Positions 61,272-64,000 of a stretch of 64,000 nt of DNA are shown here, piece by piece. The notes below the pieces were generated by a model, which was not told the DNA's origin, did no database searches, and saw only the letters and a program-made list of their open reading frames with translations. A program made the position numbers and the translations under genes. Source of the stretch: an uncultured Iamiaceae bacterium (GTDB lineage: Bacteria; Actinomycetota; Acidimicrobiia; Acidimicrobiales; Iamiaceae); assembly GCA_963728655.1 (NCBI GenBank), contig CAVSLD010000004.1, positions 113,343 to 177,342 of the forward strand, given 5' to 3'. Every line of letters starts with the position of its first letter. Position 1 is the first letter of the stretch.

Positions 61272-61958
61272 TCAGGCGGAGATGTGGCCGTCCTCGATGG
61301 TCACCGTGCGATCGGCGATGTGGGTGATCCGGTCGTCGTGGGTGACCATGATGGCGGCGGTGCCGCGGGCCTTCATCTCCTCCCTGATGAGCTCCACGAC
61401 CTGCTCGCCGAGCTTCGAGTCGAGCGAGGAGGTGGGCTCGTCGAAGAGGACGAGGTCGGGCTCGTTCATCAGCGCCCGGCCGATGGCGACGCGCTGCTTC
61501 TGCCCGCCGGAGAGCTGAGCCGGGGTGTTGCCGGCCCGGTCGGCCAGCCCGAGCTCCTCGAGGAGCTGGTCGGCCCGGTCCCCTGCGCCTCCTCGACGCC
61601 CCTTGCGCCCCGCCAGCTCGTCGACCACCACGAGGTTCTCCCGGGCGGTGAGGAAGGGGACGAGGTTGACGCTCTGGAACACGAAGCCCACCCGGGTGCG
61701 CCGGACGTCGGTGAGCTCCCGCCCCGAGTACCCGGAGATGTCGTCGCCGGCGAGGAGGACCGTGCCCTCGGTCGGGGTGAGCAGGCCGCCGGCGATCGAG
61801 CAGAGGGTGGTCTTGCCCGACCCCGAGGGGCCGATGAGGGCCACGATCTCGTCGTGGCCGACGGTGAGGTCGGCGTGGTCGAGGGCCACGACCTCGTCCT
61901 CGCCGACCTGGTAGGTCTTGCGGACGCCCTCCATCTCGAGGGCAGGGGTCTCGGTCAC
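61272..61958 (-). CDS. ABC transporter ATP-binding protein (MacB/LolD type)
   Basis: GPSGSGKT, LSGGQKQR, LFDEPT, VTHD. Confidence 0.93.
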   Translation of the reverse strand: MTETPALEMEGVRKTYQVGEDEVVALDHADLTVGHDEIVALIGPSGSGKTTLCSIAGGLLTPTEGTVLLAGDDISGYSGRELTDVRRTRVGFVFQSVNLVPFLTARENLVVVDELAGRKGRRGGAGDRADQLLEELGLADRAGNTPAQLSGGQKQRVAIGRALMNEPDLVLFDEPTSSLDSKLGEQVVELIREEMKARGTAAIMVTHDDRITHIADRTVTIEDGHISA

Positions 61959-61995
61959 GGGGATCGCCTCCTGGGGCGGGCGGGGGCGCCGGGGC

Positions 61996-63108
61996 TCATC
62001 CGGCGGTCCCGATGGCGGACGCGGGGTCGATGCGCAGCACCCGGCGCAGCGAGAACGTGCACCCCAGCACGGCCGCGACGAGCAGCAGCACCGCGCTGGA
62101 GAGCAGACGACCGGGGGTGGCGTCGAAGGGGATGGCACCGGGTGGGATGGCGGCGTCGAGGGCCAGGGCCGCCCCCGCCCCGATCGCGGTGGCGACGAGG
62201 GTGACCACCACCGCCTGGGTGACCACGCCGGCGAAGAGGGTGGCGCCCGAGGCGCCGATGGCCTTGAGGATCCCGTAGAGGGCGGTCCGCTCCACGGTGA
62301 TGAGGGCGAAGAACAAGGCGACGACCACGAGGGCGATGACGACGGTGACCCCGATGATCTGGTTGAAGGTCGCCTGCTGCTGGCTGACGCCGGGGAGGGC
62401 GGCGATGGCCTCGTCCAGGGTGAGGGCCTCGGTGGCCCCGCCCGTCGCCCGGTCGATGGCGGCGGGCACCGCACCGGACCCGTCGGTCCGGACGACCAGG
62501 GCCTGCACCACGTCGTCGCCGACGGCCTGGCCGGGGCGGTTGGCCCGGGCCACCTCGCGCCACGTGTCGAGCGATCCCCACAGGCTGCCCTGGCCCGAGT
62601 ACCGGGTGTCGTCGACGAACCCGACGACCTCCACCGGGGAGCGGGCCGGGCCGAGCAGCAGCGTGGTCCCCTCGCGGACCCCGTCGGCCTCGAGCGAGGA
62701 GTCGGCCACCACCGTGCCTGGGGCCGGGGGCCGGTCCGGCACCCCCTCGGGTGCCAGCTCGTAGCCGAACAGGACGGTGGCCACCAGGTCCTTGCTGTCC
62801 TCCTCACCGCCCCGGCGCGCGCCGAGCTGGGTGCTGCCCAGCCCGCCGACCTCCGTGACCCCCTCGACGGCCTCGACCTCCGTCCGCACATCGGCCGGGA
62901 TGCGGCTGCGCACCAGGGAGTCCTGGGCGCTGGAGGAGTAGACGACCACGTCGGCCTGCTGGGCGCGGTACGCGCCGGTCGAGGACCCGATGAGGCCGTC
63001 GAGCAGACCCCCGAGGAACATGAGCAGCAGCGCGATGAGCGTCAGGATCACCGTGGCCACGGCGAAGCGACCCGGTCGACGGCGCAGCTCCCTGAGCGCC
63101 AGCCTCAC
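61996..63108 (-). CDS. ABC transporter permease (FtsX-like)
   Basis: N-terminal TM, large extracytoplasmic loop, ILKAIGAS, three C-terminal TM helices. Confidence 0.9.
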   Translation of the reverse strand: MRLALRELRRRPGRFAVATVILTLIALLLMFLGGLLDGLIGSSTGAYRAQQADVVVYSSSAQDSLVRSRIPADVRTEVEAVEGVTEVGGLGSTQLGARRGGEEDSKDLVATVLFGYELAPEGVPDRPPAPGTVVADSSLEADGVREGTTLLLGPARSPVEVVGFVDDTRYSGQGSLWGSLDTWREVARANRPGQAVGDDVVQALVVRTDGSGAVPAAIDRATGGATEALTLDEAIAALPGVSQQQATFNQIIGVTVVIALVVVALFFALITVERTALYGILKAIGASGATLFAGVVTQAVVVTLVATAIGAGAALALDAAIPPGAIPFDATPGRLLSSAVLLLVAAVLGCTFSLRRVLRIDPASAIGTAG

Positions 63109-64000
63109 CGCCCCCCTCCCCCGGTGGTGGCCTCGAGCGGGTCGATGCGCAGCACCCGCCGGACCGCGACGAGTGCGCTGAGCACGCCGAGCACCATCAG
63201 CAGCGCCGACCACACCAGCACCGCGGTGGGGTCGAACCGCAGGGCCAGGTCGCCCACCCCGACCTGGGTCAGGGGCGTGTAGAGGGCCACCCCCACCGCC
63301 AGGCCCAGGCCCACGATCACCACCACCTGGACCAGCAGGGAGCGGGCCAGCACGCCGCCGCGCGCGCCCATGGCCCGCAAGAGGGTCAGGGAGCCGGACT
63401 TCTGCAGGGTGATGATCAGGAAGAAGAGGCCGGTGACGAGCGGGACCACCATGCCGTAGAGCAGGAAGATGACCTGGAACGACTGGCGGACCTGGGCCAC
63501 GCCGGGCGCCTCGTCGGCGGCCTGGTCGCGGGTGAGGGCGTCGGCCTCGGGCGAGGCCGCGTCGATGCGGGCGACGAGGTCGTCGACGGCGACCCCCGAC
63601 GCCGGCTCCACCGCGAGGGCGTTGGGCAGGACGTCGGTCGCGTCCGGGTTGGCCGCCCGCACCGCGTCCTCGTAGGTGGCCAGGTCGGTGAACAGGGTCG
63701 GCGTCACGTTCAGCTGCACGTCGCGGGCCAGGCCCACCACCGTGATCTCGACGGGTGGGGCCGTCGGGTCGGCCGCCACCACCGTGACCCGGTCGCCGAC
63801 CGAGAAGTCGACCTCGCTGCCCACCGCCTCGCCGGCGGCGGTCGGACGGGAGCCCTCGGTGAGCCGCGACGGCGCTCCCAGGCCGGGCTGGTCGGTGCCG
63901 ACGACGGCGGCGTCGGAGGGGCCCTCGCCGACCCCCTCGACGGTGAACGTGCTCTGGCCGATGCGGGCGGCCCGCCCGACCCCGTCGGTGGTGCGGACGG
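63105..64000 (-). CDS. ABC transporter permease (FtsX-like), 5' end outside the window
   Basis: LLRAMGAR, VRRVLRIDP; paralogous to the downstream permease. Confidence 0.88.
   Translation of the reverse strand, partial: VRTTDGVGRAARIGQSTFTVEGVGEGPSDAAVVGTDQPGLGAPSRLTEGSRPTAAGEAVGSEVDFSVGDRVTVVAADPTAPPVEITVVGLARDVQLNVTPTLFTDLATYEDAVRAANPDATDVLPNALAVEPASGVAVDDLVARIDAASPEADALTRDQAADEAPGVAQVRQSFQVIFLLYGMVVPLVTGLFFLIITLQKSGSLTLLRAMGARGGVLARSLLVQVVVIVGLGLAVGVALYTPLTQVGVGDLALRFDPTAVLVWSALLMVLGVLSALVAVRRVLRIDPLEATTGGGGR

Overview
A very GC-rich, gene-dense window from an actinobacterium; DUF4214-type surface proteins and gene content suggest Acidimicrobiia (inference). It has four blocks. (1) 1-5.9 kb: housekeeping and signalling genes (histidine phosphatase, M50 peptidase, hybrid histidine kinase plus receiver, phosphotriesterase-like protein, PRTase). 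(2) About 6.2-45 kb: a large Wzx/Wzy-type exopolysaccharide locus. Its core is a ~19 kb translationally coupled minus-strand operon with an unusual tailoring set (two APH-fold kinases, an HprK-like kinase, two thymidylate-kinase-like P-loop proteins, an ATP-grasp ligase, a deacetylase and a degenerate BY-kinase). Around it lie two alginate-lyase-like lipoproteins, a PelD-like degenerate GGDEF protein with an RxxD site, and four secreted paralogues sharing an uncharacterised head domain, mostly with Asp-box-like motifs and each with a different tail. (3) 46-61.2 kb: a candidate regulon around a MalT-like LuxR regulator. A palindrome, TCAC-N9-GTGA, recurs there at a fixed 22 nt from -10-like hexamers upstream of SHOCT, DUF7144/DUF6325, arylsulfatase, DUF2252, a DUF4239-type gene and glutamate decarboxylase. 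(4) 61.3-64 kb: an ABC transporter. Many single-base frameshifts cluster at about 16.2, 20.0, 34.7-35.4, 40-41.8 and 58.3-60 kb and are probably assembly errors; they create two false fusion ORFs. No rRNA, tRNA, CRISPR array or mobile element was recognised. All family assignments come from motifs read by eye, not database searches.
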